Below, in pieces: positions 10,111 to 20,016 of a DNA stretch of 52,029 nt. This DNA is from a virus. The stretch lies in the UHGV virus genome UHGV-0205583; one strand, 5' to 3'. Within the stretch, counting starts at the first letter, position 1; each line of letters begins with the position of its first letter. The position numbers and the translations under genes were made by a program. The notes beneath the pieces are model-generated. The model saw only the letters and a list, made by a program, of their open reading frames with translations, searched no databases and had not been told where the DNA came from.

Positions 10111-10334
10111 AGTTTGCTCACCTGCGAACCGTATGCAAGAGATCGCAGGTGAGCAATTTGCTATGAAGGCATTGCCATAGCTGAAAAATTTTAACCTCGC
10201 ATTGTTCGCAAAACCATCAAACAGCTAAGGCCAGAAAACACTTTCAGACTAACCTTACTCGTTACATCAATGTGTTACGGCAATGACAAAAATTGATAGC
10301 CAGAACCTATATTGATCTGTCGCCCTGTTAAAAC

Positions 10335-10354
10335 TACTGTATATAAAAACAGTG
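10335..10354. promoter_or_regulatory. LexA (SOS) box upstream of umuD
   Basis: TACTGTATATAAAAACAGTG fits CTGT-N8-ACAG perfectly and lies 20 nt upstream of the umuD ATG. Confidence 0.85.
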
Positions 10355-10374
10355 TTAATCTGAGCGAGTCAATT

Positions 10375-10794
10375 ATGCAGTTTTACACGCCCGTTGAGTT
10401 ACGTGAGATCATGCTGATCCCGTTGTACAGTGACCTTGTGCAATGTGGTTTTCCAAGCCCTGCACAGGATTACGTTGAGCAACGCATCGATCTGAACGAG
10501 TTGCTCGTTAACCACCCCAGTGCGACGTATTTTGTCAAAGCCGCCGGCGACAGCATGAAGGATGCCGGCATAGGAGAAGGTGATCTTCTTGTTGTGGATA
10601 GCTCAAGGACAGCAGTTCATGGCGATATCGTTATCGCTGCAGTGGATGGGGAATTCACCGTTAAGAAGCTGCAGCTGCATCCGCGGGTTCAGCTTAACCC
10701 AATGAACCCTGCATATTCGCCGATAGTCGTCGGTAGTGAGGACACTCTCGACGTGTTCGGGGTGGTTACGTACATCATCAAATCAGCTGGCTGA
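10375..10794 (+). CDS. umuD: DNA polymerase V subunit UmuD (S24 peptidase)
   Basis: About 75% identity to E. coli UmuD by eye ([50 protein letters not shown]). The start was chosen at [12 protein letters not shown]. Confidence 0.9.
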   Translation: MQFYTPVELREIMLIPLYSDLVQCGFPSPAQDYVEQRIDLNELLVNHPSATYFVKAAGDSMKDAGIGEGDLLVVDSSRTAVHGDIVIAAVDGEFTVKKLQLHPRVQLNPMNPAYSPIVVGSEDTLDVFGVVTYIIKSAG

Positions 10795-10795
10795 G

Positions 10796-12061
10796 ATGTT
10801 TGCACTTTGCGATGTGAACTCATTTTACGCATCCTGCGAAACTGTTTTCCGTCCTGACCTGAAGGGGCGTCCGGTGGTCGTTCTGTCAAACAACGACGGC
10901 TGTGTGATCGCCCGCTCGCAAGAGGCGAAGCCCTTCGTCAAAATGGGCGAGCCTTATTTCAAGCAAAAGGACATGTTTCGCCGGCACGGTATTATCGCGT
11001 TTAGCAGCAACTATGAGCTTTATGCCGATATGTCCAACCGAGTGATGACAACGCTGGAGGAACTCTCTCCACGCTGCGAAATTTACAGTATTGATGAGGC
11101 ATTTTGCGACCTGACAGGAGTTCGGAATTGTCGCGACCTTACCGACTTTGGCAGGGAAATTCGCGAGACGGTTCTGCGCAGGACGCACCTCACGGTCGGT
11201 GTCGGCATAGCCCAGACTAAAACCCTGGCAAAGCTGGCCAATCACGCGGCGAAACAGTGGCAGCGACAGACCGGAGGAGTGGTGGATCTGTCTAATCTTG
11301 AAAGGCAGAGGAAGTTGATGGCTTTGCTGCCGGTGGATGAGGTCTGGGGCGTCGGGCGCCGTATTAGTAAAAAGCTGGAGGCCATGGGGATTAAAACGGT
11401 ACTGCAACTGGCGGATACCGATATCCGTTTTATCCGGAAGCATTTTAATGTGGTTCTGGAGCGAACTGTGCGGGAGCTGCGCGGAGAGCCATGTCTCGGT
11501 CTTGAGGAGTTCGCGCCGGTAAAGCAGGAGATTGTCTGTAGTCGCAGCTTTGGGCAGCGGATTTCCACCTACGAAGAGATGCGCCAGGCGATATGCAGCT
11601 ACGCCTCACGTGCAGCGGAGAAACTCCGTGGTGAGCATCAGTACTGCCGCTTTATCTCAGCATTCGTCAAAACCAGCCCCTTTGCGCTGAATGAACCGTA
11701 TTACGGGAACAGTGCATCGGTAAAGCTGCTAACGCCGACCCAGGACAGCCGGGACATCATCACCGCGGCGACGAAATGCCTCCATGCAATCTGGCGAGAC
11801 GGACATCGCTATCAGAAAGCAGGCGTGATGCTTGGTGATTTCTACAGCCAGGGCGTAGCGCAGCTCAACCTGTTTGATGACAACGCTCCACGGCAGAACA
11901 GCGAGAAGTTGATGGAAGTTCTCGATCATCTCAATGCGAAAGACGGACGGGGAACTCTGTATTTTGCAGGGCAGGGAATCCAGAGCGCCTGGCAGATGAA
12001 GCGGGAAATGCTATCGCCACGTTATACAACCCGGTTTTCAGATCTACCAGTTGTCACGTGA
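10796..12061 (+). CDS. umuC: DNA polymerase V catalytic subunit UmuC (Y-family polymerase)
   Basis: The N-terminus MFALCDVNSFYASCETVFRPDL is near-identical to E. coli UmuC over its length. The ATG lies 1 nt after the umuD stop. Confidence 0.9.
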   Translation: MFALCDVNSFYASCETVFRPDLKGRPVVVLSNNDGCVIARSQEAKPFVKMGEPYFKQKDMFRRHGIIAFSSNYELYADMSNRVMTTLEELSPRCEIYSIDEAFCDLTGVRNCRDLTDFGREIRETVLRRTHLTVGVGIAQTKTLAKLANHAAKQWQRQTGGVVDLSNLERQRKLMALLPVDEVWGVGRRISKKLEAMGIKTVLQLADTDIRFIRKHFNVVLERTVRELRGEPCLGLEEFAPVKQEIVCSRSFGQRISTYEEMRQAICSYASRAAEKLRGEHQYCRFISAFVKTSPFALNEPYYGNSASVKLLTPTQDSRDIITAATKCLHAIWRDGHRYQKAGVMLGDFYSQGVAQLNLFDDNAPRQNSEKLMEVLDHLNAKDGRGTLYFAGQGIQSAWQMKREMLSPRYTTRFSDLPVVT

Positions 12062-12725
12062 CAGGGTCGATTAGCTCTGCTCCCTGATTTTTCACATTAC
12101 CCACGGCGCGCGTCACGGCGTGCCAGATAAACTTGTCGGCGGGTGCAGCCCCGTCGACTGCTATCTCTTCAGCTTCCTTACCGCCTATATCCTGGCACAT
12201 CCATTCGCGCGCTGCCTCCGGTGACAAAACCAGTGGCCGGCGGTCGTGAATGTCGACCAGCCCCTGATCGGCCGCAGCGGTCACTATCAAAAACCCTTCG
12301 GCTTCGTCTCCGCGCTCGAATGGGACACTGCCGATCGCCGCCATGAAGATTGGCTGTCCGTCGGCACGATGAATGAAATAGGGCTGTTTCCTGTCGCCCT
12401 CGCGCTTCCATTCAAACCATCCATCGGCAAAGCAGATCGCTCGCCCGTGCTGCCACAGGGGTTTAAACATTCTGCTGCTGGCCGCGGTCTCAACCCTGGC
12501 ATTAATCAATGGCGGTTTATCCCACCACCCTGGAGCGTAACCCCAGTGAACCGGATCGAGGTGCAGCTGTTCGTCGCGTTCGCTCAGGAGCAAAACTTTA
12601 GTCCCCGGTGCCACGTTGTAACGTCCAATCGGCTCAGGGTCGTATGCGATGTCGCGCTCGGCTTCATCCGCCAGGTATGCCAGATATTCTTCACGGGTTT
12701 GTGATTGAGCAAAGCGTCCGCACAT
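12054..12725 (-). CDS. yedK: SOS-response-associated peptidase (SRAP/YedK family, abasic-site processing protein)
   Basis: 223 aa starting MCGRF, with the Cys2 nucleophile, and SRAP-family conservation. Convergent with umuC and overlapping it by 8 nt. Confidence 0.85.
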   Translation of the reverse strand: MCGRFAQSQTREEYLAYLADEAERDIAYDPEPIGRYNVAPGTKVLLLSERDEQLHLDPVHWGYAPGWWDKPPLINARVETAASSRMFKPLWQHGRAICFADGWFEWKREGDRKQPYFIHRADGQPIFMAAIGSVPFERGDEAEGFLIVTAAADQGLVDIHDRRPLVLSPEAAREWMCQDIGGKEAEEIAVDGAAPADKFIWHAVTRAVGNVKNQGAELIDPVT

Positions 12726-13089
12726 GGTTGCCTCCAGTCTTCAGACCGAAAGTATAGAAGGTATGGAGGAAACGTAGGAAGGGAACTCCGACAACCATCC
12801 AACTGATGACTGTCGGAGATGACGTCAAAAACAATGTGTACAAAACTGTGTATTAAAATCAGGAAAATCGCACAATTTAAAAATTTAACTCATTGTTTTT
12901 AATTGACAAAACTATTTATTTTGTAGCTGCTATCGTAGGGCATATGAATCCGTTTTAAGTTTGTTAGTCATGCTTTAAGTCTTTTCAAAAATCCCGCTAA
13001 TACCAACACCTTGCCAGCATTGAGTGCTTTAATTTTGTGTGTTCTGCATTGATTTGAAGGTTATCAATTTAACCAAAATGTGTACACTA

Positions 13090-14307
13090 ATGTGTATATC
13101 ATCTTCCGGAGTGTACACATTGCTTACCGACACAAAATTAAGAAAAGCTCTTGGCAAAAAGAGAGACCAGATCGAGGTCATATCGGACGCCCATGGTCTG
13201 AATGTCCGGTTGTCTACTTCCGGCAGTATAACATTCTTTTACCGCTACAGATGGAACGGGAAAGCCGCTCAGCTAACGATTGGCGATTATCCCACCACCT
13301 CCTTATCTCAAGCTCGCGAACGTAGACAGCAGTTCAGGGCCTGGTTGACAGAAGGACTCGATCCGAGACGGCAAACAGTTCTGGAGAAACAGAAAAAAGT
13401 CGAAGCACTCACCGTTAAAGAGGCTTTCGATTACTGGGAAAAGTATTACTGCATCCCTGAAGGTCTTGTGAAAATCAAGGTTAACCGGCGGGACTTCAAT
13501 AACCATATAGCGCCTGTGCTGGGGAACATGATTGTTGATCAGACCACTAAAGCGCACTGGCTTAACCTTTTTGATGGCATGGGGCGAAGAGTTGTCACTG
13601 GTCAGATGCTTGGGCTGATGCAGCGTACGTTCCGTTTTTGCTCCAATCGAGGGGTCATTAATGTGAACCCAATTGAGAGCCTTAGGCGCTCTGACGTAGG
13701 TCTCACAGCATCCGTTAAAGATCGCAGATTGAGTGATGAGGAAATCAAAACAGTTTGGAATATCCTTCCTGAATTGAAGCACAGACAACAGCTGATAATG
13801 AAGTTTCTCATCATGACTGGCTGCAGGAGTACAGAGATCAGGACAGCAAGATGGGAGTGGTTCGATTTCCATGAGCAAACGTGGACCATTCCGGCAAGTG
13901 ATTATAAAACCGGGAAATCGGTCAGAAGGGCACTTCCCGAGGCAGTAGTAAGAATGATGTTAGCAGAGAAGGAAACGTCAGTTTCAAAACACGTTGTGAC
14001 ACTGTCACGCTACAGAGGGCCAGAAGATGACAGACCGCCACTACAACCAAACGTCGCTCTGTTTTCTGCTCAGATTATAGCTAAAACAGGCATGAAGCCC
14101 TGGTCTCTCCATGACCTCAGGCGAACAGTGGCGACACGCCTTTCTGAATTAGGTGCGCCGCCACATGTTGTGGAAAAACTGCTAGGCCATCATATGGCAG
14201 GTGTCATGGCACGTTATAACCTGCATGATTATCTGGATGATCAGCGTCACTGGCTTGCTGTTTGGCAGGATCACCTTGAGAAGCTGGTTGGTCAGCCTCT
14301 GGTTTGA
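13090..14307 (+). CDS. int: tyrosine integrase, P4-type (Rac IntR-like)
   Basis: N-terminal DUF4102-like arm-binding region (LTDTKLRKA..., YRYRWNGK) and a C-terminal catalytic domain (HDLRRT...GH...Y). The longest ORF starts with GTG at 13039. The likely start is at 13090 or 13111. Confidence 0.85.
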   Translation: MCISSSGVYTLLTDTKLRKALGKKRDQIEVISDAHGLNVRLSTSGSITFFYRYRWNGKAAQLTIGDYPTTSLSQARERRQQFRAWLTEGLDPRRQTVLEKQKKVEALTVKEAFDYWEKYYCIPEGLVKIKVNRRDFNNHIAPVLGNMIVDQTTKAHWLNLFDGMGRRVVTGQMLGLMQRTFRFCSNRGVINVNPIESLRRSDVGLTASVKDRRLSDEEIKTVWNILPELKHRQQLIMKFLIMTGCRSTEIRTARWEWFDFHEQTWTIPASDYKTGKSVRRALPEAVVRMMLAEKETSVSKHVVTLSRYRGPEDDRPPLQPNVALFSAQIIAKTGMKPWSLHDLRRTVATRLSELGAPPHVVEKLLGHHMAGVMARYNLHDYLDDQRHWLAVWQDHLEKLVGQPLV

Positions 14308-14518
14308 TCCCCACGTTATCTTCCCAGGCCAACAAGTCTGAAAGTCTCCACCTTTTAGGGCTGCCATTTATTTTAGGCTGCGGGAATGGCTGAGCAAAGT
14401 AAGAGGGCATCCGGGATGGGGTGCTCCAGAAATAAAGTGTGCTGCGCGATATTTTGTATCTGGACAGAACGTCATCGGTTATCAAAATTTCATCTGATTT
14501 ATGAGATGTATTAGTCAT
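14204..14518 (-). CDS. AlpA-family excisionase / transcriptional regulator
   Basis: N-terminal MerR-like HTH of the AlpA type (LSRYKISRSTLYFW...KRWRLSDLLAWE). Overlaps the 3' end of int on the opposite strand, so its true start is uncertain. Confidence 0.55.
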   Translation of the reverse strand: MTNTSHKSDEILITDDVLSRYKISRSTLYFWSTPSRMPSYFAQPFPQPKINGSPKRWRLSDLLAWEDNVGIKPEADQPASQGDPAKQQASDADHPDNHAGYNVP

Positions 14519-14527
14519 AAAAACCCC

Positions 14528-14773
14528 TTAGTTACATTGTCCAGGCAGATGGTGTAGCCGGCGCGCGCAGCTCATGTCTGTGGCCACATAGCTACTTTTT
14601 CTGTTAACAACTTCTACAGTGATCTTTGAGCCTTGAACCACCACCGTATAAGTTCTCTTTGTTTTCTGTCGCCCGTAGGCTCCATAAAGCTCAACGTGTT
14701 TTGCCAGTGCCGCATCGCACGCCTGGCGGCCCAGAGGGGAGTGTCTGCTTCGGTTAATCAATCGCATATACAT
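14528..14773 (-). CDS. hypothetical protein
   Basis: 81-aa ORF between the excisionase and recT. No family recognised. Confidence 0.3.
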   Translation of the reverse strand: MYMRLINRSRHSPLGRQACDAALAKHVELYGAYGRQKTKRTYTVVVQGSKITVEVVNRKSSYVATDMSCARRLHHLPGQCN

Positions 14774-14807
14774 TCCTTTATCGGGAGAGTTTCCCCTCCC
14801 AATCTGG

Positions 14808-15917
14808 TTAACCCACGTATTCCGGTTTCATGTCGTCCAGGGCGATGCGGAACTGGTCATACAGTTCATCACCGAGGTGGCGTTTCGCGCCGTTGAGAAT
14901 GCCTTCAGCTTTAGCGAACAGTTCGACGGCTTCCGGTTCTCCGGGATTAGGTAGAGAGTTGATCGCGGCCTCAACTTTGTTTCGGGCGTCTACCATGAAA
15001 TAACGCTGCACGGCTTTACCTTTCAGTTCGGTGAAAAGAACAGTGCCCAACACAGCTTTCTCTTTATCCAGATCCGCCCTGATGGCTTTTGCTGCATCGA
15101 CCGATTCGGCGCGCTCAATGCGGTCACGGAAATCATCTGCCAGGGAATCAATATTGAGAGCTGAATCCTGCGCGCTGGTGGTGATGTCTGTTCCGCTGGT
15201 GATCTCTGCGACAGACATTCTTTGCGCCGGCGCCGGGTTTATTTCTCGCTCGGTCCTTTGTTCAACTTCATCCGGGCTGTAAACACCCAGGATGACTTCC
15301 GGGCAATACAGCCGTGCCCAGTATTTGACGCCCAGATAAGCGATCTGCTGTTTCGGGTTAGAAACCCACAAAGGAGAATTACGTGTGACGACTCCAGAGA
15401 GATAAAGTGGCTCCCCCCAGGTGATTTCTGATTCACCGCGCAGAATCGCGCCGACCTGGACGAATAACCCGATTTCGTCTTCATCAGTCCAGCCGCGCAC
15501 CCGTTCTGTAACGCTGTATTTCCCATTTTTACCGTGTTTTTCCCTGGTAATTTCCTGCGTCCTTGTGCAACGTTCCCAGTCGCCGCCGTAGCGATAATGA
15601 AATCGACCGTTAATAGCGCTGGAACTGGCGATTACCGCGTTGACGAGCTGGGCTTCATATCCGAGCACGCCGTTTACCAGATGCGTTTTTTGCGCGACTG
15701 CATAGGGATTCATGCCCCACTGCATAGCCTGCATAACGATGGCCATGCAATCGGCTGGCTTACCTGCAAGGTGAGCTGGCACTGTCACTTGTGAATCAGC
15801 CATAAGGTTTGCGAAAGCAGTTAACTGACCGAGAGCCTGAACGTTAAAGATCGCGTTGCTAGCTGAAATGGTGTTTGGTGCCTGCTGTTCGGCTGTAACA
15901 ATGTTAGTGTTTTCCAT
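14808..15917 (-). CDS. recT: RecT-family single-strand annealing protein
   Basis: 369 aa directly downstream of the RecE-like exonuclease gene. Its central region resembles RecT/Redbeta-superfamily annealing proteins. Confidence 0.65.
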   Translation of the reverse strand: MENTNIVTAEQQAPNTISASNAIFNVQALGQLTAFANLMADSQVTVPAHLAGKPADCMAIVMQAMQWGMNPYAVAQKTHLVNGVLGYEAQLVNAVIASSSAINGRFHYRYGGDWERCTRTQEITREKHGKNGKYSVTERVRGWTDEDEIGLFVQVGAILRGESEITWGEPLYLSGVVTRNSPLWVSNPKQQIAYLGVKYWARLYCPEVILGVYSPDEVEQRTEREINPAPAQRMSVAEITSGTDITTSAQDSALNIDSLADDFRDRIERAESVDAAKAIRADLDKEKAVLGTVLFTELKGKAVQRYFMVDARNKVEAAINSLPNPGEPEAVELFAKAEGILNGAKRHLGDELYDQFRIALDDMKPEYVG

Positions 15918-15929
15918 GACTGTTCCCCC

Positions 15930-18900
15930 TTATGCCTGTACGCGCAGCGCTTCGAGACGGCGCATATCAAAATCGTTAAGTTCTTCGGTGTAGTCTTCGG
16001 TAATCGGCGCCGGCCATTCGCCAGTGTCGAAACCGTTCGCGATGGCACGCATTGCTTTGCGATATTCCAGCATGCCGAGTTCCAGCAGTTCTTCGGATGC
16101 CTCGATGATGGCGATCCAGTGGTAGTTCTCGTCTTTGTTGACGAATATCCAGAAGAACTGGTCAAGGGCTGCGGTTTCGCAGTACATAGCCGCGCTCAGG
16201 TGGTAATCGCGCTCGATGATTTCCCGGTGCAGCTTCGCGCGCAGGCCTTCCTGCTTAATGTTCCACATACTGATGGTTTTCAGGTCCGCACCAATGCGCA
16301 GGCCGCCCATGTCTATTTCAAGGTCAGGGCGCACGCGAACTTCCAGCCCGGTTTCCTCATCAATGCCGAAATAGCTCACCTCGACGGCACGGCTCGGGTG
16401 CGTCAACAACTTGCCAGCGGTCGGGTGATTCAACAGTGCTTTCTGAATGGCCAGTGCCGTAGCCAGCTGCTGGCGGGTAACCAGCACTTTTCCTTCCGGG
16501 TTCTCGCGCCATGCATCCAGCAGCTCGTCGGCAAACACGGCATCCGGTTTTACCGATTTCACGGCTTGAATCAGATCGGCCTTTGTGCCAGAGACTTTCA
16601 GGGGCTGCGCCTTCTGTGCTTCCTGAGCAACCATGTTAGGATTAATAAGCGCCAGCTGTTCCAGTAAGACATCGCGGCCACCGCTGGTTTTCACCTGGGC
16701 GGGCAGGTTCGCGTTGTATTCTTTGATGCAGGCCTTCATTGCGGTGGCGGTTTGCTTCTGACCGTCTTCAATGCGCTGGAACTCAGCAGGTAAAGACATA
16801 TAACCCTGGCCGGTTTCTTCAACTGATGTACCCAAGGGAACCTGGGCGGGCAGGTTCGCGTTGTATTCCTCCAGGAATCTTTTGATGTCATCTGCGCTGA
16901 GTAAAACCGGAAGCCCGTTGTTGTATTCGTCGATAAATGCGCGGATCGTCGCCGTCGTGGTGAAGGCACCTTCCGGGATTTCCGGCTCGATACTGAATTC
17001 TTTTTCCAGCTGATCAGGCTGCAGCGCCAGTGCATGCACCAGATTGCCCATATCCAGAACAGGAGAGCGCACCTTCTGGATGGTTTTGGATACGTGGCGC
17101 GCCTCGAAATACATCAGCGATACCCGGGCATCTTTAACCATCGTGGAGCTGATGCCGTTAGCGGCGTGGTAGACCTCATTTGGCACGCCTTCATATCGAC
17201 CAGGCTCGAAATACTCCGGCCATGCTGGCGCTGCTTGTTCAGCCTCTTCCTCTTCATCGCTATGAGCACTCTCTGAAACCTGGCTTTTCAGCACTTCGGT
17301 GGTAAGATCCGGGCAGCGTTCAGCCAGTATTTTGCTCATGTTCACGGCAATTGTTTGCGCAGGAGGCTCATCAGCGCCTTCGCCTGCTGATACCGCATTA
17401 TCATTTTCGTCTTCGACCGGCTGAGCCGTTTCCATCTGCACATCGCTGGTGGTTTCCCCGGAATTAGCTGGATGTAATTTTTCTTCTGCAGCGCGCTGGC
17501 GCGCCTGGTCCACGATAGAAAGTGCTGGTGCTGGTGCTGGTGCTGGTGATGGCTGGCTATCCATCAGACCATCAATCGAAAAAACACCATTGCCCATGTT
17601 TGAAACTTCAGGCTGTTTGGGTTTGGTCAGGTCTTCGGTTATCCACTTCGGATCCGTGGGGTCACTGATGCCTTCGACATATTCGCCACGTTCGGCGGCC
17701 AGAACCTGATTAGCGTCAGGGCGTTTCTTTTGAGCTTCTTTCACCAGTTCGGTGCCAATTACCTGAAAGTCAGTTGGGAGAGTTTCCAGGTCAGGCACAC
17801 CTTCATCTCCATCGATAGCCTTTTTCACAGCGTCCAGAGTGACGGCGGCAGATGAAACATGACCAGCTTTTTCAAGAGTCTCAGCAGAAGGGGCGTCATG
17901 CTTATGCTCGGTCAGGTTCGCATTGATATAGGTCTGCAGACTTACCGGGAAATGATGAATGTCGCTAGTGGCGCCACGAATAAGGGCAAAAATCGCGGCG
18001 CGGGAATAATCCAGGATGCCTGCAACCTTGCGCAGCGCTGCCGACCATTCCTTGAACGGACTTTCTTTCTTCTGAACGATCTCTTTGGCCCGGCGGTGAA
18101 TTGATGCCGGGAAATTGTAGATATCGAAATCCATTGGCATTGTGGCCAGGGCTATTTCTACATCGAGCGTATCAAGGGTATGGGTGTAGTCAGGGTTGCG
18201 ATCGGTTTTATTACCGCCGCCAGCATTAGTTCCTGCATCAGTTTTCAAAACCGAAGAAATGCAGTTACCGGCAGCCCATTCCCTGGTGAGAATGCCGCGG
18301 TCGATCGCGTTCGTGGCGAACCACAGCTTTGCAAACTGAATACGTTTGCCGAGCTCATGCCGTTTCCCTTCCGGGAAGACTTTTTTATTGGCGCTGGTGA
18401 ATTTCCACAGGCCAGGCATATCATATTTTTTAAGCTCCGGAATATTTTCTGCCGTCAGCAGCAGATTCTGCACACCGTGATTATCCGTATCCATTTCCAT
18501 CGCTGAAAGGCGGTTACGATGAGGAATGCTAATGTGATACACGTGACGTTCGTCGGCCATATACTGGGCAAGCAGCTGCGTGCGGAATGACATTTCTGCT
18601 AGGTTGAAGAGTGCTTCTTCATTGTTCGAATAGTCCTCTTCATCGCTATTTGCAGGAGAGATATCGTTTTCTGGTTTACTGGAGGGCTGTGGTTCAGCCG
18701 CCGCCGGTGTAACGATTTTTTGCCATGTCAGCCCGTCTTTACCACCAAGCTCGTAACGATCGCACCAGGTATCATCCAGTACACCTTCTTCCGGTAAGTC
18801 ATCAACGATGAGCCAGTTGGTGCGGATCGGCAGCTGATGGCTGGCGCCGCGGCCAACGTTAATTTCAGCGTCTTCCAGGATGTCCAGGATTTTGCGCTCG

Positions 18901-18995
18901 GCGCGAGAATCGGATTTAGCAGAGAACCAGCAGAAGAGGCTTTTCGCTTCGTTTGCTTTTGCCTTAGCTTTAATGAGATACGGGTAGTTGTTCAT
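15930..18995 (-). CDS. recE: RecE-like exodeoxyribonuclease VIII (PD-(D/E)XK nuclease C-terminal domain)
   Basis: 1021 aa. The C-terminal roughly 250 aa carry a PD-(D/E)XK-like core (VRPDLEID...GADLKT). Paired with recT as in the Rac prophage. Confidence 0.7.
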   Translation of the reverse strand: MNNYPYLIKAKAKANEAKSLFCWFSAKSDSRAERKILDILEDAEINVGRGASHQLPIRTNWLIVDDLPEEGVLDDTWCDRYELGGKDGLTWQKIVTPAAAEPQPSSKPENDISPANSDEEDYSNNEEALFNLAEMSFRTQLLAQYMADERHVYHISIPHRNRLSAMEMDTDNHGVQNLLLTAENIPELKKYDMPGLWKFTSANKKVFPEGKRHELGKRIQFAKLWFATNAIDRGILTREWAAGNCISSVLKTDAGTNAGGGNKTDRNPDYTHTLDTLDVEIALATMPMDFDIYNFPASIHRRAKEIVQKKESPFKEWSAALRKVAGILDYSRAAIFALIRGATSDIHHFPVSLQTYINANLTEHKHDAPSAETLEKAGHVSSAAVTLDAVKKAIDGDEGVPDLETLPTDFQVIGTELVKEAQKKRPDANQVLAAERGEYVEGISDPTDPKWITEDLTKPKQPEVSNMGNGVFSIDGLMDSQPSPAPAPAPALSIVDQARQRAAEEKLHPANSGETTSDVQMETAQPVEDENDNAVSAGEGADEPPAQTIAVNMSKILAERCPDLTTEVLKSQVSESAHSDEEEEAEQAAPAWPEYFEPGRYEGVPNEVYHAANGISSTMVKDARVSLMYFEARHVSKTIQKVRSPVLDMGNLVHALALQPDQLEKEFSIEPEIPEGAFTTTATIRAFIDEYNNGLPVLLSADDIKRFLEEYNANLPAQVPLGTSVEETGQGYMSLPAEFQRIEDGQKQTATAMKACIKEYNANLPAQVKTSGGRDVLLEQLALINPNMVAQEAQKAQPLKVSGTKADLIQAVKSVKPDAVFADELLDAWRENPEGKVLVTRQQLATALAIQKALLNHPTAGKLLTHPSRAVEVSYFGIDEETGLEVRVRPDLEIDMGGLRIGADLKTISMWNIKQEGLRAKLHREIIERDYHLSAAMYCETAALDQFFWIFVNKDENYHWIAIIEASEELLELGMLEYRKAMRAIANGFDTGEWPAPITEDYTEELNDFDMRRLEALRVQA
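17524..17547. repeat. (GCTGGT)4 hexanucleotide microsatellite inside recE, encoding (PA)n
   Basis: Read directly from the sequence. Translated as SPAPAPAPAPAL on the minus strand. Confidence 0.85.
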
Positions 18996-19055
18996 TGCGT
19001 TTGGGCTCCTTTGGATTGTAAGATACCCGGCAGCTGATGGCAGCCGCCCTGGTGG

Positions 19056-19080
19056 TGGTCATTGGTCAAAACTCGATTCC
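19056..19080 (-). promoter_or_regulatory. copy 1 of the recurrent junction motif AATCGAGTTTTGACCAATGACCACCA (upstream of recE)
   Basis: Shares more than 20 nt with the copies at 19505, 21823 and 23318. Its embedded ATG opens a 29-codon ORF that overlaps the recE start. Confidence 0.6.
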
Positions 19081-19136
19081 GGAAAGCTTTGGTCGGCTGA
19101 CCGGGTACTTAACCCGCCTTGCGCGGGTTTTGTGCT

Positions 19137-19481
19137 TTATGGGGCTGGCGAATCGCCCCGCAGCAGCTGTGATACGCGAACGTCGTCAAGCGCTCGCAGG
19201 ATAGGCTCAAAAGTTTTATGGGCTGGCAGTTTAGATACCGCAGTGATCACTTCTGTAACGGTAATGTCATCGCCGCGGGGGCTATAACCACCACCTGGGC
19301 CACGCTGTGAAATAACCAGGTTACCCGCCCGCAGCTTTTTGAAGATCTGCTCAAGGTATGAAGTAGACAGCTTTGACTCTTTACTGATGGCCGTCAGTGA
19401 AACGGGCGAGCCGTCATAGAGCTTATTCAAAGTGGCGGCGGCCTGGACAGATGCCAGAACGCGTTTCATTCCAAATTCCAT
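19137..19481 (-). CDS. Rrf2-family transcriptional regulator
   Basis: Wing/recognition motif LSTSYLEQIFKKLRAGNLVISQRGPGGGY as in IscR/NsrR. An SD (GGAG) precedes the MEFGMKRV start. The ORF extends to 19508 through the motif ATG. Confidence 0.6.
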   Translation of the reverse strand: MEFGMKRVLASVQAAATLNKLYDGSPVSLTAISKESKLSTSYLEQIFKKLRAGNLVISQRGPGGGYSPRGDDITVTEVITAVSKLPAHKTFEPILRALDDVRVSQLLRGDSPAP

Positions 19482-19504
19482 AATCACTTCTCCGGCCGTA
19501 ACGG

Positions 19505-19525
19505 CCATTGGTCAAAACTCGATTC
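19505..19525 (-). promoter_or_regulatory. copy 2 of junction motif (TGA-ATCGAGTTTTGACCAATGG)
   Basis: Lies directly after the stop of the upstream minus-strand ORF. Contains the ATG at 19508. Confidence 0.6.
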
Positions 19526-19718
19526 AAAAACTCACTGCAGGCTGTTGGTCGTCAGCCATGTTTTGTGCATTTCGGTAGGGGAGGCACTGGCCCTGTACTT
19601 TTTGTTCATCGGCGTTGCTGTTGCAACTGGCCTCTGATGGATAAACACCGATCAGAACATCAGAGCATTCACCAGTGAGAGCACAAACGCTGATGACAAG
19701 GGCAAACAGGGTATTCAT
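19524..19718 (-). CDS. small secreted Cys-rich protein, hypothetical
   Basis: 64 aa with an N-terminal signal-like segment (MNTLFALVISVCALTGEC) and 6 Cys residues. Confidence 0.4.
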   Translation of the reverse strand: MNTLFALVISVCALTGECSDVLIGVYPSEASCNSNADEQKVQGQCLPYRNAQNMADDQQPAVSF

Positions 19719-19874
19719 GCCTCAGCCTCAGGGTTTCCTTTCTGCGCCAGCAAGTAACACAGCTGGCGTAGTCTCACCTCGAACCAGTTCAGGCGGGTCG
19801 CCTGGTTCCCGGTAGGTACTCGGGCAAAATCCTTCATAGTTATCTCCAGTTAACTCAGTATTAGGATGTGGTTT

Positions 19875-20016
19875 TGCAATGCGGCGCCGGGTGCCTCCCG
19901 GTGACGGCAGCCAGTTAACAACTACCGCCGACAACTTTTTCCCCACAACGTGTGAATAACCGCCATGTTTACTTTTTTAACTGTGCCGCGTGCGCATAGC
20001 CGCATTCACCGCATTG
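19875..20016 (-). ncRNA. third copy of the put-like structured RNA element (leftward early operon leader)
   Basis: A 9-bp closing stem (GCAATGCGG...CCGCATTGC) replaces the GGTGGTG/CACCAC stem of the late copies. The GGTGAAT, TATGCG and 3' CACCGGGAGGCACCCGGC hairpin are conserved, 22 of 23 nt versus copy 1. Confidence 0.4.

Noticed and set aside
8107-12816. 14-bp direct repeat CCAACTGATGACTG at 8107..8120 and 12799..12812, which could mark attL/attR of a nested element carrying the recombinase remnants and umuDC-yedK
   Set aside because: An exact 14-mer match is expected several times by chance in a 52-kb window. One copy lies inside a coding region and the matches do not extend.
12830-12860. 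Possible LexA box upstream of the yedK-like gene (CTGTGTATTAAAATCAG)
   Set aside because: It does not fit CTGT-N8-ACAG (the right arm is ATCA). Nothing here matches the perfect boxes found at umuD and dinI.
19112-19135. Hairpin ACCCGC-cttgc-GCGGGT downstream of the Rrf2 gene as a rho-independent terminator
   Set aside because: On the coding (minus) strand it is followed by TAAGTACCC rather than a U-tract. The T-rich side is on the plus strand where no credible gene ends, so function is uncertain.
19728-19946. 72-aa minus-strand ORF listed in the ORF track
   Set aside because: Its 5' part is the translation of the conserved 3' hairpin of the put-like RNA element (…PSPGGTRRRIA…). It is low-complexity, so more likely non-coding.
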